A stretch of 64,000 nucleotides of DNA from positions 45,571-109,570 of the forward strand of contig LVAO01000012.1 in NCBI GenBank assembly GCA_001604065.1. Direction: 5' to 3'. Under the pieces are notes generated by a model. The model made no database searches. It saw nothing but the letters and a program-made list of their open reading frames with translations, and had not been told where the DNA came from. Positions 9,253 through 18,614 of this stretch are shown in pieces (position 1 is the stretch's first letter; every line of letters begins with the position of its first letter). Source of the DNA: Clostridiales bacterium Firm_09 (GTDB taxonomy: Bacteria > Bacillota > Clostridia > Christensenellales > DTU072). The position numbers and the translations under genes were made by a program.

Positions 9253-11538
9253 TTAATCTTTGTCTTTACCGGACGGATTTTTCTGATCTGCTTTTTCTTT
9301 CTGCTTTAGCTTTCTTTCGGCAATGTCTTCCTTTACCGCATCTCCGACGGATTTGAGAAATGCTCCCGCTTTTGCCGATGCATTATACAGCGCAATCCAG
9401 ATATTTTTTGCGACACTCCCGACATATTGACCGTACGGCACGCGGAGAACAAGAAATTCCGAAGATTTGTTATTGATTACCGCATCATAACCGACGATGA
9501 CAAAATAAATGATCAGCACGATGTTTAGGGAGCCGAAGACATACATCATCGCGTTGTCATAACCGATATCGCCGATGCCGGAAGAAGTATATCCGCCTAC
9601 CATCATCACATAGGCCGCATTGACAAAAACCGATGCCGCATAAAGTGCAGAAGCAACGTACAGCCTTCTGTCGCGCACCATTGCCGTATAGATGAACAGC
9701 AGCGGCAAAGCAAGAAGCAGCGTTGTGGAAGAAAGGCTGTTGCAGAACATCCAGTAAACAACAGCAAACCCTCCCGCAAGGACAACCAGTTGCAACCTGC
9801 TTTTGCTGCGGAAATACGCAACCACAAACAGCGAAACAATAAACAGCACAAACAGAATCGTTACAAAAGTGGATTCGTTGGTGACCGGTTTGAAATTGTT
9901 TCCTATCAATCCCTGGAAATTAAAAGCGTTGGCCGAATAAACATTCAGACCTTTTACCGCTTCAATGTATTTGTCAAAAGCAATGAATGCGTCGCCTTTG
10001 CCGATATCATAAACAAAGAAAGGCAGCGAAATAAGATAGAACAGGACCAGACCTCCGACAATGGCAAGCACAGGCTTGAGCCAATCCCAAAGTTTTCCTG
10101 CACGGATGCCTTTATAAATCAGAAGCCCCGTGTAGCTCAAAATGAACGGGCAGACAAGCAGAGCGGACGGGGTCAGCAACGCTGCGGCAAAATAAGAAAT
10201 TGCCATACCCCAGTAATTCTTGTTCAGAAGACAATAGAACGAAAGCACAACGAGGAAAGTCGTTATGGATTCCATAGAACCCCATGCGGCGCTGAAAGAA
10301 AAGGCAACCGGCAGAAGGGTATAGAAGCCTGCCATAATGACAGCCGCGGGCTTCCCCTGTTTTGCAGAAACAAGCTTGTAAATCAGAACAGCGACGCCCA
10401 TATCCGCAGCAACCGCAAACGCCTTGATCGTCGCGGCCGTTGTCAGCGTCACCACCATATCGGTTGCCCCAATCGCATCGGCCACTCTGCCGATAAGTCC
10501 GGCAAATGTGGCAATGTAAAGCGAAATTGGCATAAACGCCGCGTCTGCGTTGTACTTGTAAAAATACGGCATACCGTAATCCGCGAGCCAGTTGCCGAAA
10601 CCCGCATTGGTTTCCAGATTGTAGCCATAATAAACGGTCTGCATGATGCTTTGTCCGGCAATCAGCGATTCGGTAAGCAGGATGGCCAACCGCACTATCA
10701 GTCCGGCGCCGACGACCATCAGCAATCCTGCATTTTTCTTGTTGCTGACCAGTGCAGAGAATCTGCTTTGGGAGCTGCCTTCTTCTGCGGCAATGCGGGC
10801 GCGGAAGATATAGAACATATATGCAAGAAGCAGACTTCCCGCGCCGCCCAAAATGACATAGATGTTATTGAATTTCGACGGCGCGCCGTAAGTGGTGCGT
10901 CTGAGGGTGTACAAAGCGCCCGTGCCCTCCAGATTGACGGCTTCGGATTTGTCAACCTTTGTCAATTTAATATCGCGCAGCACAAGGCTGGATACTTTGA
11001 CCTGCGCATCCTTGGAGCCGACAAAAACGGTAAGCGTAGCCTCGCGTATGTTCTTTGTTGCAATATAAAAATAATCCGTTTCTACGCCCGAAGTGGACGG
11101 CCCATCAAATCTGGTATTGTCACCGTCCTTGACATTGTTGAAATACTTGTCTTCAAGAAAACCGACATACAGCCCCACATAACCGGCAGATTCGTCTTTG
11201 GCCGTCATTGTTGTCGAGGTAAAACTGTATTCCACCTTATAATACGAATACGGCTTGAGCACAACCTTCTGCGAGGCGGTGGCATAGCCGGAAGTTTCGG
11301 TATTTATGGTTAGATAATTGGAAGAATTGGAAAAGGTACCCGATATCGTTCCATCCTCGCCTGCGGTAAGCGTCCAGTCTTTCTGAAGAGCGGACAAACT
11401 TTCGCCGTAATCAAAGGCAGATGTCGTACCGGCTTTAAGGATATTGACACCGTTCTGCGTTTCTGCCGCGGGAATGCATCCCATGAGCGTAGCCGCGCAT
11501 ATTGCCAGCATGCAAGCTATAAAAAGAAGTTTCTTCAT
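9253..11538 (-). CDS. Hypothetical lipoprotein-signal / CBM-like ectodomain / GT-C-like polytopic membrane protein with Lys-rich C-terminal tail
   Basis: 761 aa. The signal MKKLLFIACMLAICAATLMGC is lipobox-like. A ~210-aa beta-rich ectodomain is followed by about 12-14 hydrophobic segments. The SANAFNFQG-type loop recalls ALG6/PMT-like GT-C enzymes. AGGAG RBS is present. The function call is from memory only. Confidence 0.6.
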   Translation of the reverse strand: MKKLLFIACMLAICAATLMGCIPAAETQNGVNILKAGTTSAFDYGESLSALQKDWTLTAGEDGTISGTFSNSSNYLTINTETSGYATASQKVVLKPYSYYKVEYSFTSTTMTAKDESAGYVGLYVGFLEDKYFNNVKDGDNTRFDGPSTSGVETDYFYIATKNIREATLTVFVGSKDAQVKVSSLVLRDIKLTKVDKSEAVNLEGTGALYTLRRTTYGAPSKFNNIYVILGGAGSLLLAYMFYIFRARIAAEEGSSQSRFSALVSNKKNAGLLMVVGAGLIVRLAILLTESLIAGQSIMQTVYYGYNLETNAGFGNWLADYGMPYFYKYNADAAFMPISLYIATFAGLIGRVADAIGATDMVVTLTTAATIKAFAVAADMGVAVLIYKLVSAKQGKPAAVIMAGFYTLLPVAFSFSAAWGSMESITTFLVVLSFYCLLNKNYWGMAISYFAAALLTPSALLVCPFILSYTGLLIYKGIRAGKLWDWLKPVLAIVGGLVLFYLISLPFFVYDIGKGDAFIAFDKYIEAVKGLNVYSANAFNFQGLIGNNFKPVTNESTFVTILFVLFIVSLFVVAYFRSKSRLQLVVLAGGFAVVYWMFCNSLSSTTLLLALPLLFIYTAMVRDRRLYVASALYAASVFVNAAYVMMVGGYTSSGIGDIGYDNAMMYVFGSLNIVLIIYFVIVGYDAVINNKSSEFLVLRVPYGQYVGSVAKNIWIALYNASAKAGAFLKSVGDAVKEDIAERKLKQKEKADQKNPSGKDKD

Positions 11539-11610
11539 AGTCGCTCCTAATTTTTCTGTCTCAGTCAGGCGACAGGATTCGCCTTCATAAAATTTGTGTG
11601 CGAGGTATAT

Positions 11611-11654
11611 AGAAAAGAAAACCCGGGCGGCACATAGTACCTGTGCCGTACGGG
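11611..11654 (-). terminator. Rho-independent terminator after rplS
   Basis: On the minus strand: CCCGTACGGCACA-GGTACTA-TGTGCCGCCCGGG followed by TTTTCTTTTCT. The core stem is 7 bp plus a 4-bp extension. It begins 13 nt after the rplS stop. Confidence 0.7.
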
Positions 11655-11666
11655 ATGGTTTTTTTG

Positions 11667-12020
11667 TTATCTGTCGGCGATATCGGCCTGTTTTGTTCTG
11701 GCGGCTTTGCCAGTGCGCTTGACAAGATAGGTAAGCTTGGCTCTTCTGACCTTGCCGCGACGGGTGATTTCTATGTGGTCAATCTTGGGAGAATGAAGGG
11801 GAAAGGTTCTTTCTACGCCCACTCCGAAAGAAATGCGGCGGACTGTGAATGTTTCGCGTATGCTGCCGTTTTTGCGGCTGATGACAGTGCCTTCATAGGC
11901 CTGCACTCTTTCGCGTCCGGATTCCATGATTTTGACAAAGACCTTGACGTCATCGCCGACCTTGAAATCGGGAATATCTGTTCTCAGACCCTCTTTCTCA
12001 ATTGTGTCAATAATGTTCAT
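11667..12020 (-). CDS. rplS: 50S ribosomal protein L19
   Basis: 117 aa: [11 protein letters not shown]...[10 protein letters not shown]...[24 protein letters not shown]. Confidence 0.95.
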   Translation of the reverse strand: MNIIDTIEKEGLRTDIPDFKVGDDVKVFVKIMESGRERVQAYEGTVISRKNGSIRETFTVRRISFGVGVERTFPLHSPKIDHIEITRRGKVRRAKLTYLVKRTGKAARTKQADIADR

Positions 12021-12134
12021 AATGACTTACCTCCGTGTATCTACCATGACGTACGTACGGGCTTTGGATTGTTTTCCCGCATAGGTCCGCCACAAAGTCT
12101 TATATATGTTATCAAATAAAATTGCTTTAATCAA
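12021..12134 (-). promoter_or_regulatory. Candidate own promoter and ~78-nt leader of rplS
   Basis: On the minus strand: TTGATT (12134-12129), 17 nt, TAACAT (12111-12106), preceded by TG (extended -10). The leader GACTTTGTGGCGGACC...CAAAGCCCGTACGTACG can fold. An L19-leader-type autoregulatory element is only a hypothesis. Confidence 0.3.
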
Positions 12135-12192
12135 GCGTTTTTTTCTTTATTTTTCGCAAATTCTTTTAATATTAATATCCATATATATGTGG

Positions 12193-12552
12193 CTAATAAA
12201 AATCACCGTAAAAAGCATTCACAACATGTTCGCATCCTCTGTCCGTCACACAAACAACATCAAAACGCACCGGACGGTCATAAAGTTTCCTTTCGGCCAG
12301 ATATCTCTCCGCAGTTCTGATAATTCTGCGCATTTTGGGCTTCGTAATGCTTTCTAACGGTGACCCATATTCGCCATCCTTGCGATAGCGCACTTCTACG
12401 ACAACGATGGTTTTCTTGTCTTCGCAAACGATATCCAGTTCGCCCGCACCCTTATATGCGATATTTCTGTCAAGAATTCTGTACCCTTTCTTTTCGAGGT
12501 ATTCTCCCGCCTGAACTTCGGCGAGTATGCCGTCTGCGGCAGAATATGTCAT
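12193..12552 (-). CDS. yraN: YraN family endonuclease-like protein (UPF0102)
   Basis: The ORF track gives 12193..12603. I start it at ATG 12552, which forms an ATGA overlap with the rnhB stop. Motif GELDIV...VVVEVR...ESIT. Confidence 0.85.
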   Translation of the reverse strand: MTYSAADGILAEVQAGEYLEKKGYRILDRNIAYKGAGELDIVCEDKKTIVVVEVRYRKDGEYGSPLESITKPKMRRIIRTAERYLAERKLYDRPVRFDVVCVTDRGCEHVVNAFYGDFY

Positions 12553-13190
12553 ACCGCGCCTTCCAGAATGCTGCGGATAAAACTCAAGCGATGGATAGGA
12601 CACGGCCCATATTTTTTAAGCATTTCAATATGGTGCTGTGTTCCGTAGCCCTTGTTTTCTTCAAAACCGTATTCCGGATACAGCTCGGCATAGCGTATCA
12701 TCATGTCGTCTCTTTCGACTTTGGCAAGAACAGACGCCATGCCAATCGAATAGCTCAACGCATCGCCATGCGTAATCGCCAGCTCTCTGATTCCCGTTTC
12801 CAGCTTGAGGGCATCTATCATAAGAAACTGCGGTTTGACAAGGAGTCCTGCAACAGCTTCGCGCATTGCTCTTTTGGTCGCTTGCAGAATATTGATCCGA
12901 TCGATGTCAGCAGGCTCAACAATTGACGTATGGGCGGAGATTGCCGTTGCGCGAATCTCCGGATACAGCTCCCTGCGAAATTTATCGGTGAGTTTTTTGC
13001 TGTCATTGATGCCGATAATCATTTTATTGAAATCCGGTATCACCGCGCCCGCCATTACAGGCCCCGCAAGAGGTCCTCTTCCAACCTCGTCCACACCGCA
13101 GATAAGAGAAATACCTTCTGCGAACAGATCCTTTTCGTAGAACAGATTGTCAATAATCGGCTGCTTAAGTGTAATTTTTTTGTCGGTCAT
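12549..13190 (-). CDS. rnhB: Ribonuclease HII
   Basis: 213 aa with GVDEVGRGPLAGPV and DSKKL motifs. Confidence 0.93.
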   Translation of the reverse strand: MTDKKITLKQPIIDNLFYEKDLFAEGISLICGVDEVGRGPLAGPVMAGAVIPDFNKMIIGINDSKKLTDKFRRELYPEIRATAISAHTSIVEPADIDRINILQATKRAMREAVAGLLVKPQFLMIDALKLETGIRELAITHGDALSYSIGMASVLAKVERDDMMIRYAELYPEYGFEENKGYGTQHHIEMLKKYGPCPIHRLSFIRSILEGAV

Positions 13191-14029
13191 ATCGGTTTCT
13201 CCAGACTGATTTTACCAAAATACCCTTTCCGAAGATCCATGACGATGGCTCTTCCCGTTTTTTCGAAGTCGGCGTCGCCATCGGATGAAAAATATCCTCT
13301 CTTTGCGGCAACCATGCGCATTGCTTCCAGCGGGGGCATTTGTGCATTGACTTCTTCCCCATAACGGGAGGCAAACCTGTCCGGATAGGCCGACAGAAGA
13401 AATCTGACTGCCTCCAGTCCCAGTTCACCAATATCAAGTATCTCATCCTTGATGCTGCCCAGCAGCGCCAGCTTAACCGCCTTGCTTTGGTCATGGAAAT
13501 CGGGATACAGCACACCGGGACTGTCCAGAAGGTCAATGTATTTATCAATGGATACCCATTGCTTGCCGCGCGTAACACCCGGTTTGTTGCCGGTACGTGC
13601 TTTTTTGCCCTTGATCAGACTGTTGATGAGGGTTGATTTGCCGGTATTCGGCACGCCAAGCACCATTGCGCGAAGGGTATGGTTGACGCCCTTTGCCTTA
13701 TACTTATCCAGCAGGGGCGCGTTGAGCGCAAGCAGCCCCTCTACCACCTCCCGCGCATCCGTACGGGACAAGCTGTCGGCAGCAATGCAGGGAGCGGATT
13801 TTTTGAAGTAAGCAATCCAGGCCTGTACGATTTCCGGCTCCACCATATCGGCTTTATTAAGAACATACATCCTCGATTTATTGCCGATAACCTCATCAAA
13901 GGCTTCGTTGACGCAGGACATCGGGGCTCGCGCGTCCAGCACATAAAGGATGCTGTCCACAACCGCGGTCTCCTGCTTCATCATGCGCATTGCCTTGGTC
14001 ATATGACCCGGAAACCAATGTATATACAT
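13187..14029 (-). CDS. rbgA: Ribosome biogenesis GTPase A (YlqF)
   Basis: 280 aa starting MYIHWFPGHMTKA, with circularly permuted GTPase motifs (NKADM..., GVPNTGKST). Confidence 0.9.
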   Translation of the reverse strand: MYIHWFPGHMTKAMRMMKQETAVVDSILYVLDARAPMSCVNEAFDEVIGNKSRMYVLNKADMVEPEIVQAWIAYFKKSAPCIAADSLSRTDAREVVEGLLALNAPLLDKYKAKGVNHTLRAMVLGVPNTGKSTLINSLIKGKKARTGNKPGVTRGKQWVSIDKYIDLLDSPGVLYPDFHDQSKAVKLALLGSIKDEILDIGELGLEAVRFLLSAYPDRFASRYGEEVNAQMPPLEAMRMVAAKRGYFSSDGDADFEKTGRAIVMDLRKGYFGKISLEKPI

Positions 14030-14694
14030 TATTTATTTCCTCTTCTTTCTTTGGTAATCCTTTCGCTCTGTTCTTTTCGCCATTCCGCAACCTTTTTATG
14101 GTCACCCGAAACAAGAACTTGAGGAACCCATAGTCCCATAAACTCTTGAGGGCGTGTATAATGCGGATATTCCAGCGTCCGGCCGTCGGCAAAGCTTTCT
14201 TCTTCGGTGGAACTTTCTGATCCCAGAACCCCCGGGATATACCGTGCGATTGCATTGATGACAACAAGCGAAGCAAAATCCCCCGAAGTCAATACATAAT
14301 CACCGATAGAAAGCTCCATATCAATATCCAATGTGATAATCCGCTCGTCAATGCCCTCATAACTTCCGTTAACAAGTACGATATGCGAAAGCTTGGAAAG
14401 TTCCAACACCTTTTTTTGATTCAAGTGTTCCCCTTTGGGGCTCAAATATATGCGCACGGCTTGATGTCCGGGATCGGTTGCGGTGATGCAGTCATGAAGG
14501 GGCTGCGGCGTCATCACCATGCCCGCACCTCCTCCAAAAGGATAATCATCGCATTTTTTGTGTTTGTTCAAAGAATAATCCCGGATGTTGACCACATTCA
14601 CTTCAAAAACACCCGCTTCAAGCGCTCTGCCGATGACGCTTTCTTTTAAAATACCGTACATCTCGGGAAAGAGTGTCAGAACGCTAATCTTCAT
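14029..14694 (-). CDS. trmD: tRNA (guanine37-N1)-methyltransferase
   Basis: The ORF track gives 14029..14733. ATG 14694 (MKISVLTLFPEMY) is the family-typical N-terminus. The stop shares one base with the rbgA start (TAATG). Confidence 0.93.
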   Translation of the reverse strand: MKISVLTLFPEMYGILKESVIGRALEAGVFEVNVVNIRDYSLNKHKKCDDYPFGGGAGMVMTPQPLHDCITATDPGHQAVRIYLSPKGEHLNQKKVLELSKLSHIVLVNGSYEGIDERIITLDIDMELSIGDYVLTSGDFASLVVINAIARYIPGVLGSESSTEEESFADGRTLEYPHYTRPQEFMGLWVPQVLVSGDHKKVAEWRKEQSERITKERRGNK

Positions 14695-15178
14695 AAACCG
14701 CCACCTTCGCAAGTTCTTTTGCGTCCGCTTCAATCAATTTGCCGGAAAAATCGAATTTTTTTATGACGCCTTCTACGAAGGCGAACATAAAAGGCTTCTC
14801 TCCGCTTACCTCCCAGACATCGGCGCCGACATTCTGCAAAACATCCGTAACCGTACCCAGTTCGACACCATCGGCAAAAAATCTGCATCCGATGATGTCC
14901 GAAATATAATACCTGTCATGGCTTAATTTCGGACGGTTGTTTTCGTCGACAAGCAGCTCCTGTCCGCGCAAGAGTTCGGCGGCATTGCGGTCCTCCACGC
15001 CTTTCAGCTTGATGCAGGCAAACCCCTCTTCCACACGCAGTTTTTGTACGGCAAACGTTTGCCCGCCTATTACCACCTCTTTGACGGAACGACTATCCGC
15101 AAAGGCATCGGCGAAATATCTTATCTTCACCTCGCCCTTGATGCCTTGCGGCTTTATGATTTGACCCAAGCAAAACAT
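14684..15178 (-). CDS. rimM: Ribosome maturation factor RimM
   Basis: 164 aa with GQIIKPQGIKGEVKI and a PRC barrel tail. Confidence 0.9.
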   Translation of the reverse strand: MFCLGQIIKPQGIKGEVKIRYFADAFADSRSVKEVVIGGQTFAVQKLRVEEGFACIKLKGVEDRNAAELLRGQELLVDENNRPKLSHDRYYISDIIGCRFFADGVELGTVTDVLQNVGADVWEVSGEKPFMFAFVEGVIKKFDFSGKLIEADAKELAKVAVYED

Positions 15179-15242
15179 GAATGCAATCCTTAAGGTTTTT
15201 GATCATTTCTGCCATACGGACAGCAGATTTCTTCCATTAGAA

Positions 15243-15280
15243 GAAGCGCGTAGAATTTTTTAATAAACTCTGCGCGCTTC
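15243..15280 (-). promoter_or_regulatory. Intra-operon hairpin between khpA and rimM (possible attenuator or processing site)
   Basis: GAAGCGCG (15243-15250) pairs with CGCGCTTC (15273-15280), extendable to about 12 bp. On the minus strand it is followed only by TTCTAATGG, so it is not a canonical terminator. Confidence 0.3.
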
Positions 15281-15287
15281 AAAAAAC

Positions 15288-15524
15288 TCAGTCTTTCTTT
15301 TCTTCGATAAACACATCGTAATGTTTATCGCTGTTCTGCGACGCTGCCTTTACGATTGTTCTGATTGACTTCGCAATGCGTCCGAACTTGCCTATCAGCT
15401 TTGCAACCTTTGTTTTATCAACAAAAACCTTAATTTCGACGTTGGAATCATCCTCGAGCATGACGATCTCGTAGGAGTCCTCGTCAAGAATCTGCTTGAC
15501 CAGATAATCCACTAATTCGCGCAT
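15288..15524 (-). CDS. khpA: KH-domain RNA-binding protein (YlqC/KhpA family)
   Basis: 78 aa: MRELVDYLVKQI...LIGKFGRIAKSIRTIV (GxxG KH motif). It is in the conserved position after rpsP. Confidence 0.85.
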   Translation of the reverse strand: MRELVDYLVKQILDEDSYEIVMLEDDSNVEIKVFVDKTKVAKLIGKFGRIAKSIRTIVKAASQNSDKHYDVFIEEKKD

Positions 15525-15526
15525 AA

Positions 15527-15811
15527 TTACTCCTTATCGGATGCTTTCTTCTCAAAAATCCTGGCGGACTCAATCAGCCCGGCATGATACAGAAGATTGC
15601 GCACGGTTTCTGTGGGTTGGGCACCGGCATCCAGCCATTTCTTGGCAATCTCTTTATCGATGCGGATTTCTGCGGGCGTTTTGACGGGATTGTAGATGCC
15701 TACCTGCTCGATGTACTGTCCGTCACGCGCCTTGCGAGAATCCATCGCGACGATACGATAGAAAGGGGTTTTTTTGCCGCCAATCCGGGTGAGTCTTAAT
15801 TTTACTGCCAT
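15527..15811 (-). CDS. rpsP: 30S ribosomal protein S16
   Basis: 94 aa: [26 protein letters not shown]. Confidence 0.95.
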   Translation of the reverse strand: MAVKLRLTRIGGKKTPFYRIVAMDSRKARDGQYIEQVGIYNPVKTPAEIRIDKEIAKKWLDAGAQPTETVRNLLYHAGLIESARIFEKKASDKE

Positions 15812-15855
15812 ATTGGTATTTCCTCCAGTGAAAAATATTGACTGTTTTATGATTT

Positions 15856-17172
15856 TCAGAACGGGAAACGACGTTTGCCGCTGCTGAATTGTCTCATCAT
15901 TTCTTTAGTCTGTTCAAATTGATTGAGAAGTTTGTTGACTTCCTGCACGGTCGTGCCGGACCCTGATGCAATCCGCTTTCTTCTTGAACCCTTGATGATA
16001 TCGGGGTGAGTGCGCTCATAAGGTGTCATGGACAGGATAATGGCGCGCACGCGCTCTATCTGCTTTTCGTCCACATTGAGATTTGCGCCTTTCAGTTTGC
16101 CAGCAAGTCCGGGAATCATGCTGATCATTTCTGTCAGGTTGCCCATTTTCTTCATATGGGAAATCTGCTCCAGATAGTCCTCCAGGTCAAAGGTCCTTTC
16201 CTTCATTTTTTTTGCAAGCTTAAGGGCATCCTGCTCGCTGATGGCGCTCTGAGCCTTTTCGATAAGCGTCAGCACGTCGCCCATGCCCAAAATACGGCTT
16301 GCCATTCTGTCGGGATGGAACGGTTCGATATCGGTAAGTTTTTCTCCGACACCCACATACTTGATCGGCTTGCCGCAGATAGCTTTGATGGAGAGTGCCG
16401 CCCCGCCGCGGGTATCGCCGTCCAATTTTGTCAGAATAACGCCTGTGATATCCATTTCTTTATTGAAAGCATCCGCCACGTTGACACTGTCCTGTCCGAG
16501 CATCGCATCGACCACAAGAAGGATTTCTTTGGGCCTGACCTTCGCTTTGATGTCGCGGATTTCTTTCATCAACTGTTCGTCAATATGAAGACGTCCGGCG
16601 GTATCGATGATGACGGTATCAAAACCGTTCTTTAATGCATATTCCACCGCTTCGTAGGCAATTCTGACAGGGTCTGTCTGTCCTCTTTCAAACACTTCTG
16701 TCTTAGCCTTCTCGCCTACTACCTGAAGCTGTTTGATTGCCGCAGGACGATAGATATCGCAGGCAGCAAGGAGCACCTTCTTGCCTTCCTTCTGAAGCAT
16801 GACTGCAAGCTTTCCGCACATCGTCGTCTTGCCGGAGCCCTGCAGGCCGCACATCAGATAGACAGTGGGCGGACGGTCTGAGACTTCCAGCCTGGCGTGC
16901 TTGCTGCCCATCAGACTGATAAGTTCGTCATGGACAATCTTGATTACCTGCTGCGAGGCATCCAATCCCCGTATGATGTTTTCGCCAATCGCTTTCTCCG
17001 ATACGGTTTTGATAAAATCTTTGACAACAGAAAAATTGACGTCCGCCTCAAGGAGAGCGATACGCACCTCTCTCATGGCCTCCTTGATTTCCAGTTCGGT
17101 CAAGGCGCCTCTGTTTTTGAGCTTCGAAAAAGCGTGGTTGAGTTTTTCGGACAGACTTCCAAACATAGCCAT
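15856..17172 (-). CDS. ffh: Signal recognition particle protein Ffh
   Basis: 438 aa with an NG domain ([14 protein letters not shown]) and a Met-rich M domain. Confidence 0.95.
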   Translation of the reverse strand: MAMFGSLSEKLNHAFSKLKNRGALTELEIKEAMREVRIALLEADVNFSVVKDFIKTVSEKAIGENIIRGLDASQQVIKIVHDELISLMGSKHARLEVSDRPPTVYLMCGLQGSGKTTMCGKLAVMLQKEGKKVLLAACDIYRPAAIKQLQVVGEKAKTEVFERGQTDPVRIAYEAVEYALKNGFDTVIIDTAGRLHIDEQLMKEIRDIKAKVRPKEILLVVDAMLGQDSVNVADAFNKEMDITGVILTKLDGDTRGGAALSIKAICGKPIKYVGVGEKLTDIEPFHPDRMASRILGMGDVLTLIEKAQSAISEQDALKLAKKMKERTFDLEDYLEQISHMKKMGNLTEMISMIPGLAGKLKGANLNVDEKQIERVRAIILSMTPYERTHPDIIKGSRRKRIASGSGTTVQEVNKLLNQFEQTKEMMRQFSSGKRRFPF

Positions 17173-17504
17173 CAGATTTCTTTTACCTCGCGAATGATTT
17201 CTTTGAGACGCGCGCGCACTGTTTCGCCGTCTTCCTTACCCTCTGAAAGCGCTTCAAGTTCTGCAGTCAGCTTGGAGAGCTTGCCCACAAGACCCAGAGA
17301 CGCCTCATATTCTTTTAATTTTTGTTCTGTGCGTACCAATACGTCACGAACTGCCTGACGGCTGATTCCGTAGCGTTCCGCAATCTCGGCAAGCGAAAGG
17401 TCCAGATCGTAATAGAGTGCAACGATTTCTGACTGATGTTCGGTCAGCAGTGAACCGTAATAATCGTTCAGTAAACCTACGCCTAAGCTTTTGCGGATTT
17501 CCAT
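17172..17504 (-). CDS. ylxM: YlxM (UPF0122) putative DNA-binding protein
   Basis: 110 aa with a sigma-70 region-4-like HTH (LSLAEIAERYGISRQAV). The stop overlaps the ffh start (TGATG). Confidence 0.85.
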   Translation of the reverse strand: MEIRKSLGVGLLNDYYGSLLTEHQSEIVALYYDLDLSLAEIAERYGISRQAVRDVLVRTEQKLKEYEASLGLVGKLSKLTAELEALSEGKEDGETVRARLKEIIREVKEI

Positions 17505-17537
17505 ACCACCCTGTTAAGTATTTTATCTTTACACCTT

Positions 17538-17566
17538 ATTATAAAGCAAAGGAGCGGTGCTGTCAA
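17538..17566 (-). promoter_or_regulatory. Consensus sigma-A-type promoter for the ylxM-ffh-rpsP operon
   Basis: On the minus strand: TTGACA (17566-17561), exactly 17 nt, TATAAT (17543-17538). It lies about 34 nt upstream of the ylxM ATG. Confidence 0.55.
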
Positions 17567-17642
17567 ACGATTTGAAGACAAGAACCGCTCTTTTTTCTTC
17601 TTATTACTCTATCAAATTTATTATAACAGAAACCTCCTGCTG

Positions 17643-18539
17643 TCATGCAAATATGGCATCAATGAAGTCTTTGGGCTCAAATTTTATAAGGTCGTCTATT
17701 TTTTCTCCTATTCCGGCATACACGACGGGGATTTCGAGTTCTGCAGAGATGGCAAGCACTACGCCGCCCTTCGCCGTGCCGTCCATTTTGGTAAGAATAA
17801 TGCCGTCAATATCGATTGCCTCATTGAAGATATCCACCTGCGTCACCGCGTTCTGCCCTGTTGTCGCATCCAGAACAATATAATTCCTTCTGTCCGCTTC
17901 GGGCAATTCGCGCGAAATGACGCGATGGATCTTTTTCAGTTCTTCCATCAGATTCTTTTTGTTATGCAATCTTCCGGCCGTGTCAACAAGAATGACATCC
18001 GTCTTCTGCGCTTTCGCGGAGGCGATCGCATCAAAAACGACGGCAGCCGGGTCGCTGCCCTCGCTGTGTCTGACAATGCGCACACCGGCACGCTTTGCCC
18101 AGATTTCCAGCTGTTCGGACGCCGCCGCACGGAAGGTATCCGCCGCCGCGACGACGACCGTCTTGCCCTCCGTCATAAACAGCTTGGCAAGCTTGCCGAT
18201 GGCCGTGGTTTTTCCCACGCCGTTGACGCCCGCGACCAGAATGACCAGCGGGTAGGTATAATCGGGAATATCATAATCGATGCTTTCGAGCATGATTCTT
18301 TTTAATTCTATTCTTGCCGCTTCCGGATTGGCAATCTTCTTGCGGTAAAGTGTGTCCTTCAGTTCACCTATGATTTTTTCGGCGGCCGTCACACCCACAT
18401 CCGCCGAAATGAGCGCGGTTTCCAGATTCTCATAAAAATCTTCGTCCAAGGCTCTCGCCTTAAAGACCTCGAAGATTTTCCGGCCCAGGTTGTCTTTGGT
18501 TTTGGATAAAAACTCTTTGATGTTCGCAAATATTCCCAT
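17643..18539 (-). CDS. ftsY: Signal recognition particle receptor FtsY
   Basis: The ORF track gives 17643..18593. ATG 18539 is preceded by AGGAG. NG domain motifs GVNGVGKTT and DTAGR are present. Confidence 0.93.
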   Translation of the reverse strand: MGIFANIKEFLSKTKDNLGRKIFEVFKARALDEDFYENLETALISADVGVTAAEKIIGELKDTLYRKKIANPEAARIELKRIMLESIDYDIPDYTYPLVILVAGVNGVGKTTAIGKLAKLFMTEGKTVVVAAADTFRAAASEQLEIWAKRAGVRIVRHSEGSDPAAVVFDAIASAKAQKTDVILVDTAGRLHNKKNLMEELKKIHRVISRELPEADRRNYIVLDATTGQNAVTQVDIFNEAIDIDGIILTKMDGTAKGGVVLAISAELEIPVVYAGIGEKIDDLIKFEPKDFIDAIFA

Positions 18540-18614
18540 ATAATCTCCTGTTATCGGTTCTCGAAAATACTTTACATGTCGGGTCTGCATCAATAGTCTT
18601 GCGGATGCTTTTTT

